Of a DNA stretch of 64,000 nucleotides, positions 10,056-20,024 are shown piece by piece (positions within the stretch are counted from its first letter, which is position 1; each line of letters opens with the position of its first letter). Source of the DNA: a virus (lineage: Duplodnaviria > Caudoviricetes); IMG/VR virus record IMGVR_UViG_3300026085_000093, positions 64,001-128,000 of that record. One strand, given 5' to 3'. Position numbers and translations under genes: made by a program. The notes under the pieces were generated by a model. The model did not search any database. It worked only from the letters and a program-made list of their open reading frames with translations, and was not told the origin of the DNA.

Positions 10056-11054
10056 TTACCTTTCTATACTAAACACTGCAAAATTATTATCTATACTACA
10101 AGGATTATAAACTTTACAATCTATTTTAAATTCAAATTCTAAAACATTTTTTAATTTGGATACGTCATGATAATTTACAGCATTTCCTAACTTGTTTTTT
10201 AGTTCTTTGTTGTTATAATCAAATACACTAAAAACAACTTTTTTATTTGTAATTTTAAGAATATTTGACATTATATGCATTATAGTGTCGTGATCACAAC
10301 TGGTAAAAACACTGTTAACAAATGTAAAGTCATGTGGACTGACTTTTGGAAATTCCAAAAGAGCATATCCTGTTTTATTATAGTATTTGTTGTACCTATT
10401 CCAATGTATAAAATTATGCTCAGGATAAATTTCTTTACCTAATTTAATTGCTTTTTCATTTACATCTATACATGTGTATTGTGCTATAGGTACATAGTAT
10501 AATAAATTACCTGCTGCGCCTCCAATATCTAAAACACTACCTTGTCCTTTAAAATAATGTTGGAATACTTTACCTTGCTTTGCAGTTCCAATTTTTTGCT
10601 TTGTTGTTTTTGTTATTGGATAGACACTTATAAATTTGTCTAATTTTTCTTCTGGATAATTTTTATAATAATCTCCTTTTTCATATAACATACGCTGTTT
10701 CAACATAAATTCTTTTTTATTATGAATTATTATACACTGAAAGGGATTATTATCTTTTATTCCTTTAATAGGTGCAGTGTAGAAAAAAACTTTACTAGGA
10801 TCGTTAGCCCTTGCTTTATATATTTTTTCCATTATTATTTCTTTGTCTACATCTTGTCCAAGATACACTACACCCATTTCTTTAGAAGAATCCCAATCTT
10901 GAATAACATCAAAATTAGAACTACCATCTAAAAATTGTATTTGATTTTTAACACGTGAAGTTTTTGCAAATGGACAAGCATTTTTTGGTTCAACACTAGT
11001 TTTGCTCCATTGTAAAAAATCATGCACAAAAGAATCAAATAATTTAGTCGACAT
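10056..11054 (-). CDS. CPFA-domain (DUF1415-like) fused to class I methyltransferase
   Basis: N-terminal W...CPFA domain homologous to 17908-18390; C-terminal VLDIGGAAG, CIDVN, NSVFT. Confidence 0.7.
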   Translation of the reverse strand: MSTKLFDSFVHDFLQWSKTSVEPKNACPFAKTSRVKNQIQFLDGSSNFDVIQDWDSSKEMGVVYLGQDVDKEIIMEKIYKARANDPSKVFFYTAPIKGIKDNNPFQCIIIHNKKEFMLKQRMLYEKGDYYKNYPEEKLDKFISVYPITKTTKQKIGTAKQGKVFQHYFKGQGSVLDIGGAAGNLLYYVPIAQYTCIDVNEKAIKLGKEIYPEHNFIHWNRYNKYYNKTGYALLEFPKVSPHDFTFVNSVFTSCDHDTIMHIMSNILKITNKKVVFSVFDYNNKELKNKLGNAVNYHDVSKLKNVLEFEFKIDCKVYNPCSIDNNFAVFSIER

Positions 11055-11535
11055 AAAATATCTCGTTATTTTTAAAATCTCTATCTCTTACATTTCTAAA
11101 TGGCTCGTAAAAACTTACACTTAAAACAATTCTATCATGTTCTGTTTTATTTGTAACACCATGAAACTGTCTTGTATTAAGTAACGCTACTTCTTCTCCA
11201 TTAAATCTTTCAATTTCGTCATCAAAATCATCTACAAAAATATTATAACTATTTTCAAAATCTCCTGTGACAGGAAAATTTAATGCACATAATCTATTAT
11301 GATCTCTATGTATAGGCAAACCGCCCCAATGAATCTTACTAAAAAACATTCTTTTGACGTGTTGCCCGGTGAAGTCTTGCAGGGCTTCTGACCATTCACA
11401 TTTAGGAACTCTCGATTCTTCTACAGGCCAAAGAATGCCTGCTTTGTCTTGACCTCTTTCAAAATTGCATTCTAATGCTGTTTTTAATACATCTTTTTTT
11501 GGCCAAACTATATCGTACTTGTAATAATATCTCAT
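11044..11535 (-). CDS. cupin/2OG-Fe(II) oxygenase-like protein
   Basis: LPIHRD (HxD), ALNFP, FHGV..R; paralog of the neighbour. Confidence 0.6.
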   Translation of the reverse strand: MRYYYKYDIVWPKKDVLKTALECNFERGQDKAGILWPVEESRVPKCEWSEALQDFTGQHVKRMFFSKIHWGGLPIHRDHNRLCALNFPVTGDFENSYNIFVDDFDDEIERFNGEEVALLNTRQFHGVTNKTEHDRIVLSVSFYEPFRNVRDRDFKNNEIFYVD

Positions 11536-12173
11536 AAAAATTTGATCCTTTTATTCTTTTCGTTTTGTTCCCAGTTAATAATACTACCGTCTAACATCCC
11601 TTGTTCTATTTCAGAATAACTATTATGGCGCCAACAACTTGTAATAATAACTCTGTCCTCATCTGCATCATTATCTACTCCATGTATTTCTGGACCTTTA
11701 AACATCCATGGAGCAAATTCATTAGTTTTTTCGCTGACACTGTAAGGCATTACATATTTTTTAGTGCTTCTATCAAAATCTTCATAAAATGTTTGCGGAC
11801 TTACATCTTCAAACTTTCCACGCACAGCAAAGTTAAGAACAGCAGGTCTGTTTCTGTCTTGATGCGGTGGTGTGCCTCCTATAGGCGTGCTTGTGTATAA
11901 CATTGTGTCAGGTGTAATAGCAGGCTTAAACAACATTGCAAGTTCATAATGAAACTCGCTCCATTTATAGTTTTTACATTCTAATCTTGGATTAAACGCT
12001 TCATGCACTGTCCATCTAATATGGCCGCAATCAAATTGATACCAATCTTCATTATCAATATTTTCTAAATGATCTAGCAAATATTCTCTATCGTACCAAA
12101 GTGTCGGAAGTTCACGACAGTACGGTGTTGATTTTGTCTCTTCCGAGAACATCGACTTTGTCTCTTGCGTCAT
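11532..12173 (-). CDS. cupin/2OG-Fe(II) oxygenase-like protein
   Basis: PPHQD, VLNFA, IHGV..R. The track starts at 12209; ATG 12173 has an AGGTGG SD. Confidence 0.6.
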   Translation of the reverse strand: MTQETKSMFSEETKSTPYCRELPTLWYDREYLLDHLENIDNEDWYQFDCGHIRWTVHEAFNPRLECKNYKWSEFHYELAMLFKPAITPDTMLYTSTPIGGTPPHQDRNRPAVLNFAVRGKFEDVSPQTFYEDFDRSTKKYVMPYSVSEKTNEFAPWMFKGPEIHGVDNDADEDRVIITSCWRHNSYSEIEQGMLDGSIINWEQNEKNKRIKFL

Positions 12174-12699
12174 CGTTCCACCTTTCATAATTTGTTTGTA
12201 TAATTTCAAAATACTTTATCATTGTATCTGCATCTGTTACTTGAAAACAGGTCATAGGGTTGTGTGTAAAATCTTCGTACTTCATATGTTTCATAATCAA
12301 ATTATCGATTACCATCGCATATCTATGACTACGCTTTTCTCCTAAACCTTCTCTGCTCATATCTTCTGCCATTCCTATAGTTTCTGCCCATTTGCCTGTA
12401 GGATCTGGCAACGCTTGTATATTTTGCAAACCATCGTTTTTAATCCATGCACGTTGTACATATGTGTCATCTATACTTGTAAACCAAATTTCGTCTAAAC
12501 CTAGTTCTTTAAATCTATCATAATAAAAATCATAAGTTCTTGCTTGACTTGCAGCGTATTCGACTAAAAATAATCCAGGTAAACCTAACAACAATATTTT
12601 TTTGTTTTCAAATAATTCGTACGTATCAATCCACCGTGTTGTTGTACCAACTTTGTGCATAGTCTTTATGTTAGGTATTTTATCTCCTACTCTAATCAT
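12112..12699 (-). CDS. Prx5-type peroxiredoxin (redoxin) homolog lacking the peroxidatic Cys
   Basis: VGDKIP, GLPG.F, S.DD.YV..AW, LPD..G, RS.RYAMVID match Prx5, but PGAFTPTC is replaced by PGLFLVEY. Confidence 0.8.
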   Translation of the reverse strand: MIRVGDKIPNIKTMHKVGTTTRWIDTYELFENKKILLLGLPGLFLVEYAASQARTYDFYYDRFKELGLDEIWFTSIDDTYVQRAWIKNDGLQNIQALPDPTGKWAETIGMAEDMSREGLGEKRSHRYAMVIDNLIMKHMKYEDFTHNPMTCFQVTDADTMIKYFEIIQTNYERWNDDARDKVDVLGRDKINTVLS

Positions 12700-14545
12700 T
12701 AATTTCCTCCGTAGATTTTAAAAAACATCTTTTACTTTTACGTCCATACCAAAATAAATGTCTTGCATGATCTGTTATACTATGATATACATTTGGCTTA
12801 ACCGAAACACTTGTGTTTACATCTTTTAATGGCTTGCTATCAAAAAACCAACTGTGCCAATTTTTTGTAAATGTTTCTACATTCCTTTTTTTACCATATA
12901 AATCTAAAATGTGTTTGTTAAATTTTAGTGCTTCTTCAACATCAACATTGTATTTTGCTAAACAAAGCATTTTAATTTGTTTGTAAAAATCATCTATATT
13001 TTTATAAAGTGTTGCAGCAGTAGCACCATTGTCTTGAAAGTGGAAATCGTCGCCTCCTTCAATAGGTCTGCCCCATGTTTTCATATTAAACAAACTACTC
13101 TTTAAACTATTTGTATGATCTTCATATTCTTTATTAAACACAGTACCACTATTTTTACTCCAATCAAATAATAATTTGTAAAATTCAATTAATGGTATGT
13201 CATGTTCTCTTTGCAAATATGTTGCAACTACTTGTGATACTCCATGATAATGATGCGGAATAACAATGCCTTTTGCAAAGAAATACATATCTATATAATC
13301 TTGAGTCGTAAAACTATTGCTTTGGTGACAGACAAAATCAATTTCTCCTTCGCTTGCGTCAGGATATGTATTACCGCCTGCAGGTGCAGGTGTTGGCACA
13401 TATTTTAATCCGTATTTGTCTTTATACTCCTCTTTTGCAAAAGGTGTGTTAGGAACAATACTTAGAGGGTGTACAGTTAAAGCATGATCACTACCTAGTT
13501 CGAGTATTTTTCCTATACCTTCTATCCAACTGTCTAGTGTTTCTTCTGGCAAGCCAACTATGAGTTCGCAATAATTATCAACACCTGCTGCATTGTATTC
13601 TCCTACCATTTCCTCTAATTTAGTATTAGCAATGTTGATACGCTTAATAGCTTTAAGAGTATCAGGATTCATACTTTGTAATGCAATTGTTACACCACGT
13701 TTTATATTTGCTTCTTGATTTAATATACGTCCTAATTCTACAATGCGTTTAGGTTGTTGTTTTGCAGTGCTGTAATCTATCTGTCTAGGAAATCCTGTCG
13801 CTTTTCGACAATGTGCAATGTATTTTATAAAATCAACATCTCTGTCAAATATGCCTACATTACTATCTGCAAAATACAAAAAGTCAATATTATGATCAAC
13901 TACCCAATCTATTTCTCTTATAACTCTAGCGTATTCAAATTTTGCAATTTTATTATAATACAATGCTTCTTGATCACAAAATGTGCAAGCATATGGGCAA
14001 CCTCTGTTAGTTTCAATGATTGCACTATATTGTCTGTCAGGCTTCATGAGGCTATCCATTAGCCCGCTTAGATAAGGACTAGGAATGTCTGTAATGTCTT
14101 TATCTGGTTTAGGAGGTATATAACTTTCTACAGTCATAATACCAGGTGCATCTAAATTACCCTTTAATATTTCTGCAAAAGTTCTTTCTCCTGCATAGGT
14201 AACAATAACATCACAGATGTCTTTGTTTTTTGAAAGCCATGTTTGATCGTATGGCACTTGTGGGCCTCCCATTACAATCAAACAATTAGGAAATTTGTTT
14301 TTTACTGCTCGTGCAAGTTCTTGGCTAATATTCCAATTCCAAACATATGTGCTAATTGCAAATACATCAGGATCGTTTATATTCTCCATATAATTTTCTA
14401 CAGTGTCACGTTCGAATATAATGTCACCCAGTTCCCAACCTTCAACATTAGCCCTACAGTATTCCCATACATAAGCAACACTGAGAGGCAGAAAAGTTGC
14501 TTCAGCAATAACATTATTAATTTGAGTGAAATATACTTTCTTCAT
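12692..14545 (-). CDS. cobalamin-binding radical SAM protein (class B methylase-like)
   Basis: N-terminal B12-binding-type domain (LPLSVAY...ISTYVWN...MGGPQ), ETNRGCPYACTFC, ELIVGLPEE. Confidence 0.9.
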   Translation of the reverse strand: MKKVYFTQINNVIAEATFLPLSVAYVWEYCRANVEGWELGDIIFERDTVENYMENINDPDVFAISTYVWNWNISQELARAVKNKFPNCLIVMGGPQVPYDQTWLSKNKDICDVIVTYAGERTFAEILKGNLDAPGIMTVESYIPPKPDKDITDIPSPYLSGLMDSLMKPDRQYSAIIETNRGCPYACTFCDQEALYYNKIAKFEYARVIREIDWVVDHNIDFLYFADSNVGIFDRDVDFIKYIAHCRKATGFPRQIDYSTAKQQPKRIVELGRILNQEANIKRGVTIALQSMNPDTLKAIKRINIANTKLEEMVGEYNAAGVDNYCELIVGLPEETLDSWIEGIGKILELGSDHALTVHPLSIVPNTPFAKEEYKDKYGLKYVPTPAPAGGNTYPDASEGEIDFVCHQSNSFTTQDYIDMYFFAKGIVIPHHYHGVSQVVATYLQREHDIPLIEFYKLLFDWSKNSGTVFNKEYEDHTNSLKSSLFNMKTWGRPIEGGDDFHFQDNGATAATLYKNIDDFYKQIKMLCLAKYNVDVEEALKFNKHILDLYGKKRNVETFTKNWHSWFFDSKPLKDVNTSVSVKPNVYHSITDHARHLFWYGRKSKRCFLKSTEEIND

Positions 14546-15695
14546 ATGTCTTATCTCCCGGAAATAACGGGATCTTTTCTCCTGCTCTACGCTTTGGTAT
14601 TTTACTATCTGCTGAACTTACACAACTTTGTGTTGTACAAGGCATTGGCTTATCAAACAGTTTAAATCCTGTTTCAATATTGCCAAGCGGAGCATCATGA
14701 CAAGAATATGATCGTTTTATAGAACCATCTGGTTCGCGGATGATAATGCTTCTGAATCCTGAACTACATTCCCATCCGCAGAATTTATTAAAATTAAAAG
14801 CATTAAAACGTTCTGCTTGGTCCATGTACCAAGTTTTTCCTTTAGAGTCTTTAAACTCTACCTGCATGTGCCAAGGAACACTCTTTTGCTGATGTAAATA
14901 TTTATCGTCTTTATCTACTCTGAAGTTTGGCTTTGGGCGTTCCGCCCATTTACGCTTTTCTTCTGTGTAGGCTCTTTGTGGCATTCCGTTCCAGAGTCTT
15001 TTAAGCATATCCCCAGTGTATCCATCAACCACTCTTGACGCAGTCGGATCCGATTGAGGCTTGAGGGTGACATTAATTCCTTGCTCGTGGAAGAATAGTG
15101 CGTTTTCCCAGTCTCTTTCAAACCAGTCTGGAACCATGACTTGATTAATTGTAACTTGAACATCGTTTTCCTGACATAAAATTAATTTATCTGCAAAGTC
15201 TTGCAACTTATCAACAGTATTTAAGTGTTCGGTATGTAGACTTGCAGTAATGCTTGCTCTATGAAACGGCTTAACACGTTCTACATATTCTTCAAACCAC
15301 TTCATTGGTCGAGAGCAGTTTGATGTCATATGTATGGAAGTATAATTAGTATTAGGCACATCATCAGCCAGATGCCGAAGAATATCCAAGTATCCTGGAT
15401 GAAAAGTAGGCTCACCCCCAGACAAACTAAAATGAAAGCTATTAAAACCGTTATCACGTGCTTGCCTCTTTATTTCATCTATTGTTCTTAAACATAACTC
15501 AGTTGGTCTATGATCTTTGCGATCTGATCTAGCGTAAGGCCAACAATAACTGCAACGATAATTACAAAACCTGCCAAGAAGCCAAGACACAGTAAACAAA
15601 TCTCTATATAACATAGTGCGTTGGCCGACGCTAACGAGGTCATCGAACGGAATTTTTGTAAAATCGTATTCGCTCCACTTTAAATCTTCAGTCAT
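14517..15695 (-). CDS. radical SAM protein with C-terminal Cys cluster
   Basis: CNYRCSYC, SGGEP, C-terminal C...SC...C..SC. Confidence 0.9.
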   Translation of the reverse strand: MTEDLKWSEYDFTKIPFDDLVSVGQRTMLYRDLFTVSWLLGRFCNYRCSYCWPYARSDRKDHRPTELCLRTIDEIKRQARDNGFNSFHFSLSGGEPTFHPGYLDILRHLADDVPNTNYTSIHMTSNCSRPMKWFEEYVERVKPFHRASITASLHTEHLNTVDKLQDFADKLILCQENDVQVTINQVMVPDWFERDWENALFFHEQGINVTLKPQSDPTASRVVDGYTGDMLKRLWNGMPQRAYTEEKRKWAERPKPNFRVDKDDKYLHQQKSVPWHMQVEFKDSKGKTWYMDQAERFNAFNFNKFCGWECSSGFRSIIIREPDGSIKRSYSCHDAPLGNIETGFKLFDKPMPCTTQSCVSSADSKIPKRRAGEKIPLFPGDKTYEESIFHSN

Positions 15696-16855
15696 AGTGT
15701 ATTATAACGCAATTCAGGTAAAATGTCAAACAAATTTTCATTTCTACTTTTATCTAACTGTGCTGTATATTCATAAAACTGCGGCAACTTATCGCTCCAG
15801 TCTTCTGCATACATGTAATCAATTATACCTTGTACCTTTTCTAAATGCTTATATCTACAAAGCATAATGTTTGCTTGTGTCTTAAGTTCTTTAGGTAAGC
15901 ATCTTATATTTAGATATTCAGGATGATTTAAAATATTAAAATAAATTTTATGTCCGTAAGGTTCTGCCCAATCTATAAGTTTGTCTAATCTTAAAATATT
16001 ATACATTTGTACTGTGCAATGTATTTCTATATTTGCATTAGGCAATTGTCGTATTGTTTCAAAGTTTTCTACAATTTTTTTCCAATTGCTCGGATATCTG
16101 ATATATCTATCTAAATCGTCTGTTGCATCAATAGAACAGTTTAATTGTATTTGTTTAAACTCACTCCATTTGTCAATTAAATGCTGCGGAACATTTGTTA
16201 AGTTTGTGTTATATTTTAATTTTATTTTATGTGCAGTACCATTATCAATATAATAGTCTAATAGCTTATGCTGTTCTTTGATAATTGTAGGCTCGCCGCC
16301 TGTTAGATATATTTCTTCTACTGTGTTTGCAATGCTAAAAAGATTTTCCCAAGTTTTTTCATTTTCAGGCCAATCCATTTTGCTAAGACGTTCGTACTCA
16401 CTAGGCTCTAATGCATCTTCTACTAATGCCCATTCTTTAACCCATTGATTACTTGCATAAGGGTTACACATACGACATTTTAAATTACACAAATTACCCA
16501 ATCGTATGTCTACATACTTTACATCAAAAGGTGCTTTTTCTGTATAATTGTTCTCTTGCTGCCATTTATCATTCCATGCTTGTCTTGCACTACGAACACC
16601 AGCGTCTTCTTCTCTAAAACAACGCTGACACATATCCGGTCGTTCGCCATTTAACATCTGTTTTCTAATGTTTGTATAAACTTCGCTATTCCATGCTTCT
16701 TGTAAATCGTCTTTATAAACTTTGTAAGGTTTACCGTCTGGCTTTGTTATAAAATTCTTACCAGGAGTACTGTTACAGCATACACGAAGATTGCCGCTTG
16801 CATTTGTAGCAAGGTGCATCCATGGCAAAATACAAAATGTATTATCCAAATTCAA
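15692..16855 (-). CDS. twitch-domain radical SAM protein
   Basis: FCILPW...RVCC...CQRC...SAR, then CNLKCRMC and TGGEP. Confidence 0.92.
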   Translation of the reverse strand: MNLDNTFCILPWMHLATNASGNLRVCCNSTPGKNFITKPDGKPYKVYKDDLQEAWNSEVYTNIRKQMLNGERPDMCQRCFREEDAGVRSARQAWNDKWQQENNYTEKAPFDVKYVDIRLGNLCNLKCRMCNPYASNQWVKEWALVEDALEPSEYERLSKMDWPENEKTWENLFSIANTVEEIYLTGGEPTIIKEQHKLLDYYIDNGTAHKIKLKYNTNLTNVPQHLIDKWSEFKQIQLNCSIDATDDLDRYIRYPSNWKKIVENFETIRQLPNANIEIHCTVQMYNILRLDKLIDWAEPYGHKIYFNILNHPEYLNIRCLPKELKTQANIMLCRYKHLEKVQGIIDYMYAEDWSDKLPQFYEYTAQLDKSRNENLFDILPELRYNTL

Positions 16856-17915
16856 AAGTTTGTTTCCTTAATCTGTCTTTAATTTCTTTTTGTTTCAAAA
16901 ATTCTTTATATAACTTTTCATCATACGGTTTCATAAACTTTACTACATCTGCTAGATCATCTAACAAATGATTATTGTAATATTCAAATTTGTCTATGAT
17001 TTGATTCCTTAAACTTTCAGGATAAACCCAAGGATGCTGCCAAATAGGTTCATCAACAAAATTTAAATCATACATAAAACCTTTCTTTTTAAAATATAAT
17101 ATTGTCTCAGGTAAGTGCCAAATGTTCCATGCACTAACTGATATGCAAATATTAATTCTCCAGCGTTTTTTTGTTGCAAGTAAATTTAATTTAGGTTCTA
17201 GATCTTCCCATTTACCAGGCCAACGAACATAACTGTAATGATCTTTGATTGCATCTACACTTACATTAACTAATACATCTTTCCAGCCATCTAAATCATT
17301 TGCCAATTCTTCAGTAAAAAGTAAACCATTTGTTACAATATCAATATTAATATCTTTTTTATTAGGATGGTTTTTTATTAAATTTTTTACTTTAGGAATG
17401 TATAAAGGTTCACCGCCTGTGAACTTTAATTGTTTTAGTCCTTCCATATGTTCAATTTTTTCTAGTGCAGCATCTACCCAATTGTCTCCACTAAAATTAA
17501 TACGTGCATCAGACACTTGTGTTTCTGTCCAATCTTCGTCAGGATTTCTGTTTATTTCTGATTGTAATACACTACTACTATTTGCTTCACAATGCCTGCA
17601 CCCTAAATTACATTTATTGCCTAATTTTAAATCAATTGCATTGTAAGTTTTGCCTTTTTCGTGCAAATGTCGTGTTCTTTGACTTTCTAGACCACGTTCT
17701 TCTCTATCCCAACAACGTTTACATTCTACAGGTTTTTCGTTATTTAACAGTTGTTGTTTTATAGGTTCGATATATTCTTCATATAATGCAATATCTTGAT
17801 GCCATAAGACTCGTTTTTTATTATCTTGGGAAACAAATTCACAACAAGGTCTATAAGATCCATTAGTAGTACTTGTTAACATTGTCCACGGTAACGGGCA
17901 ATAAGTATCAGACAT
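16842..17915 (-). CDS. twitch-domain radical SAM protein
   Basis: YCPLPW...RPCC...CKRC...SQR, then CNLGCRHC and TGGEP. Confidence 0.92.
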   Translation of the reverse strand: MSDTYCPLPWTMLTSTTNGSYRPCCEFVSQDNKKRVLWHQDIALYEEYIEPIKQQLLNNEKPVECKRCWDREERGLESQRTRHLHEKGKTYNAIDLKLGNKCNLGCRHCEANSSSVLQSEINRNPDEDWTETQVSDARINFSGDNWVDAALEKIEHMEGLKQLKFTGGEPLYIPKVKNLIKNHPNKKDINIDIVTNGLLFTEELANDLDGWKDVLVNVSVDAIKDHYSYVRWPGKWEDLEPKLNLLATKKRWRINICISVSAWNIWHLPETILYFKKKGFMYDLNFVDEPIWQHPWVYPESLRNQIIDKFEYYNNHLLDDLADVVKFMKPYDEKLYKEFLKQKEIKDRLRKQTFEFG

Positions 17916-18390
17916 TATTCATAATCTCAAAGAAGTATTGTTCTGGCCAATCTTTGTAATATTCTGTTGACGCAAGATATTTACGTTTAACTTGAATATC
18001 TCCTTTGTCTTGTATAAAAATACAATTACAAGGATTTTTAGCAAAATGTCCAGAAGTAGGTGTACTTAAAAAATAAATTAATTCTCTACCCTTTAATCTG
18101 TTTACAAATTTTTGCGCTTCTAAAAGATTTGCATTAGGGCCAAGCCAAACAATACCTATATCATAATTACGTCTGTCAAATTGATATATGTCATGCTGAT
18201 AGTTTTCTCTACCGTCTATAAATTGTATTTTATTATCTAATCGAGCCCGTCGTGCAAAAGGACAAATAGGAAAGCCGCTATCAGGTCGCACTTTTTCTAT
18301 TTTTTCTACTACCCAATCTAAAAACTCTTTTTGAAAACTGTCAAAATCAGTCTTCGTTATAACTTTTGTAAAATTGTACGTTAATTGCAT
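17908..18390 (-). CDS. CPFA-motif protein (DUF1415-like)
   Basis: FLDW...ICPFARRAR; aligns along its length with the N-terminal domain of 10056-11054. Confidence 0.55.
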   Translation of the reverse strand: MQLTYNFTKVITKTDFDSFQKEFLDWVVEKIEKVRPDSGFPICPFARRARLDNKIQFIDGRENYQHDIYQFDRRNYDIGIVWLGPNANLLEAQKFVNRLKGRELIYFLSTPTSGHFAKNPCNCIFIQDKGDIQVKRKYLASTEYYKDWPEQYFFEIMNNV

Positions 18391-19120
18391 TTTTTAACCA
18401 AGGCTCTTTATCTATTACAATACTTGCATGTACTTGACATGCATCAAAAACTAAAATACTGCCTACATCCTGTTCTAGTATAGTTTCATGACTTAACCCA
18501 CGAAAACTATTTTCACTTATATGTGGATATTTATTTGGATCCCATTCACCATAATCTTTTTCCGGGTCCATAAACTCGCCATTTATATCAATAAAATTAT
18601 TATAATTTCTTGATATTTCATACATTGCTGTATCTTGGCTTTTTTCTGCATCTCTGTCTAAAATAACACTATAACCGATTCTACGTTGGTGCATAAAAGC
18701 AGTATGTGCTTGTGCTCCTTTTGTTAAAAACAAAGGAATAATTACACTCTTAAAAGGTATAACATTATCAAAATATGGATCTTCAGGTGCACCTTCTTCT
18801 TCAGTAATCAAATCAAGATGTGCATCATGCGGTTGATTAGAAATAAAATAGTTACCCGAATGATTGCCACTAAAGTCTCCAAAAATTTCTAAAAACTTTT
18901 GTCTAAGCCATTTTTCATTTCTAAATAACATAGGAATACTTGCCAGTGGCTGAATGTTGCTGCTCGATGCTTGATATTTTACTGTTCTTGCATTTTGAAA
19001 TTGATAAAGTCTCAGAATTTCTATTTCTTCTTCTGTAAAAAAATTGTCAATCTTTTTTGCAGGACTAAAGTTATGGATTATGTTGTTTTTATAATATTCA
19101 CAGCATTCTATGTATTTCAT
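18347..19120 (-). CDS. 2OG-Fe(II) oxygenase-like protein
   Basis: HDAHLD (HxD) and distal QVHAS. Confidence 0.5.
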   Translation of the reverse strand: MKYIECCEYYKNNIIHNFSPAKKIDNFFTEEEIEILRLYQFQNARTVKYQASSSNIQPLASIPMLFRNEKWLRQKFLEIFGDFSGNHSGNYFISNQPHDAHLDLITEEEGAPEDPYFDNVIPFKSVIIPLFLTKGAQAHTAFMHQRRIGYSVILDRDAEKSQDTAMYEISRNYNNFIDINGEFMDPEKDYGEWDPNKYPHISENSFRGLSHETILEQDVGSILVFDACQVHASIVIDKEPWLKNAINVQFYKSYNED

Positions 19121-20024
19121 CTTCTAATTTTCCTTGCCTTGCATCTAATAAAGGTAACCTAATATTAATTCTATTATATGCTTTATCTCTATGGAAATAT
19201 TTCCATTCTTCATTTCCTAATGCAATATGCACTGTATTAGTAGGTGTAAGTCCAAATTTTTTGCAAACTTGTGTTTGATGTTCTTTGTATATATTTGCAG
19301 CCAAATCTGGTGAAAATTCTTTCATTAGCATTAACCCTGCATATGTATTTGCATGTATTCCGTGATGCCATTCAGTTTGTACAGCAAGAGAACCGTGTGT
19401 CCATTTACTAAAACATATACCGCTACGAAAATTGCCTGTTTGCAAACCTTTTGTTGTACTAAATGCAACTACTTTAACGCAATCATAATCTACTCTCCAT
19501 TCTAAATCGTAGCAAGTGCCAAACCAAGCACAATCAACCATTACAGGAATATCAAGTTTTGTACAAGTTTCCATTATTTCTTCGTACATTGGATGCACAT
19601 TGCCCGAGCCACTAAACGGCACACTAATAATTACTGCATCTCCACGCTCTAATGGTGCATCATCGATATAGGTATCCCAATCAAAGTCAAACACATCTCT
19701 GTTGTAAGGATATTCTCCACGTAACAAACGCATACGCCAGCCATTTCTAGCACACTCTAAATGAAACCAGTCTAGTGTTTGTGTTACACCAAGGCTTACA
19801 TAACGATTAGGTAAAGTTTCTAATCCTCTAACCTTTGTAGATACAGATGATTCAATCCATTTAGGATAAAAATTCAAATATTCGTCTTGTACGTTAAAAT
19901 CTCTATTGAACCACCCGTGCTCTTTAACATGTCTTGATAAGAATTTAGGACACTCGTGTATCTTAGCACTATTTCCCGTTGTTCCTAAATACTTTTTATA
20001 TAGTGATTCCCATTGTTTACTCAT
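19098..20024 (-). CDS. fold-type I PLP-dependent enzyme (aminotransferase/decarboxylase-like)
   Basis: VMVDCAW (PLP-binding Asp) and AFSTTKG (Schiff-base Lys). Start moved from 20054 to ATG 20024. Confidence 0.75.
   Translation of the reverse strand: MSKQWESLYKKYLGTTGNSAKIHECPKFLSRHVKEHGWFNRDFNVQDEYLNFYPKWIESSVSTKVRGLETLPNRYVSLGVTQTLDWFHLECARNGWRMRLLRGEYPYNRDVFDFDWDTYIDDAPLERGDAVIISVPFSGSGNVHPMYEEIMETCTKLDIPVMVDCAWFGTCYDLEWRVDYDCVKVVAFSTTKGLQTGNFRSGICFSKWTHGSLAVQTEWHHGIHANTYAGLMLMKEFSPDLAANIYKEHQTQVCKKFGLTPTNTVHIALGNEEWKYFHRDKAYNRINIRLPLLDARQGKLEDEIHRML

Noticed and set aside
14517-15695. QueE assignment
   Set aside because: It is longer than typical QueE, has an extra C-terminal Cys cluster, and no QueD or FolE is nearby.
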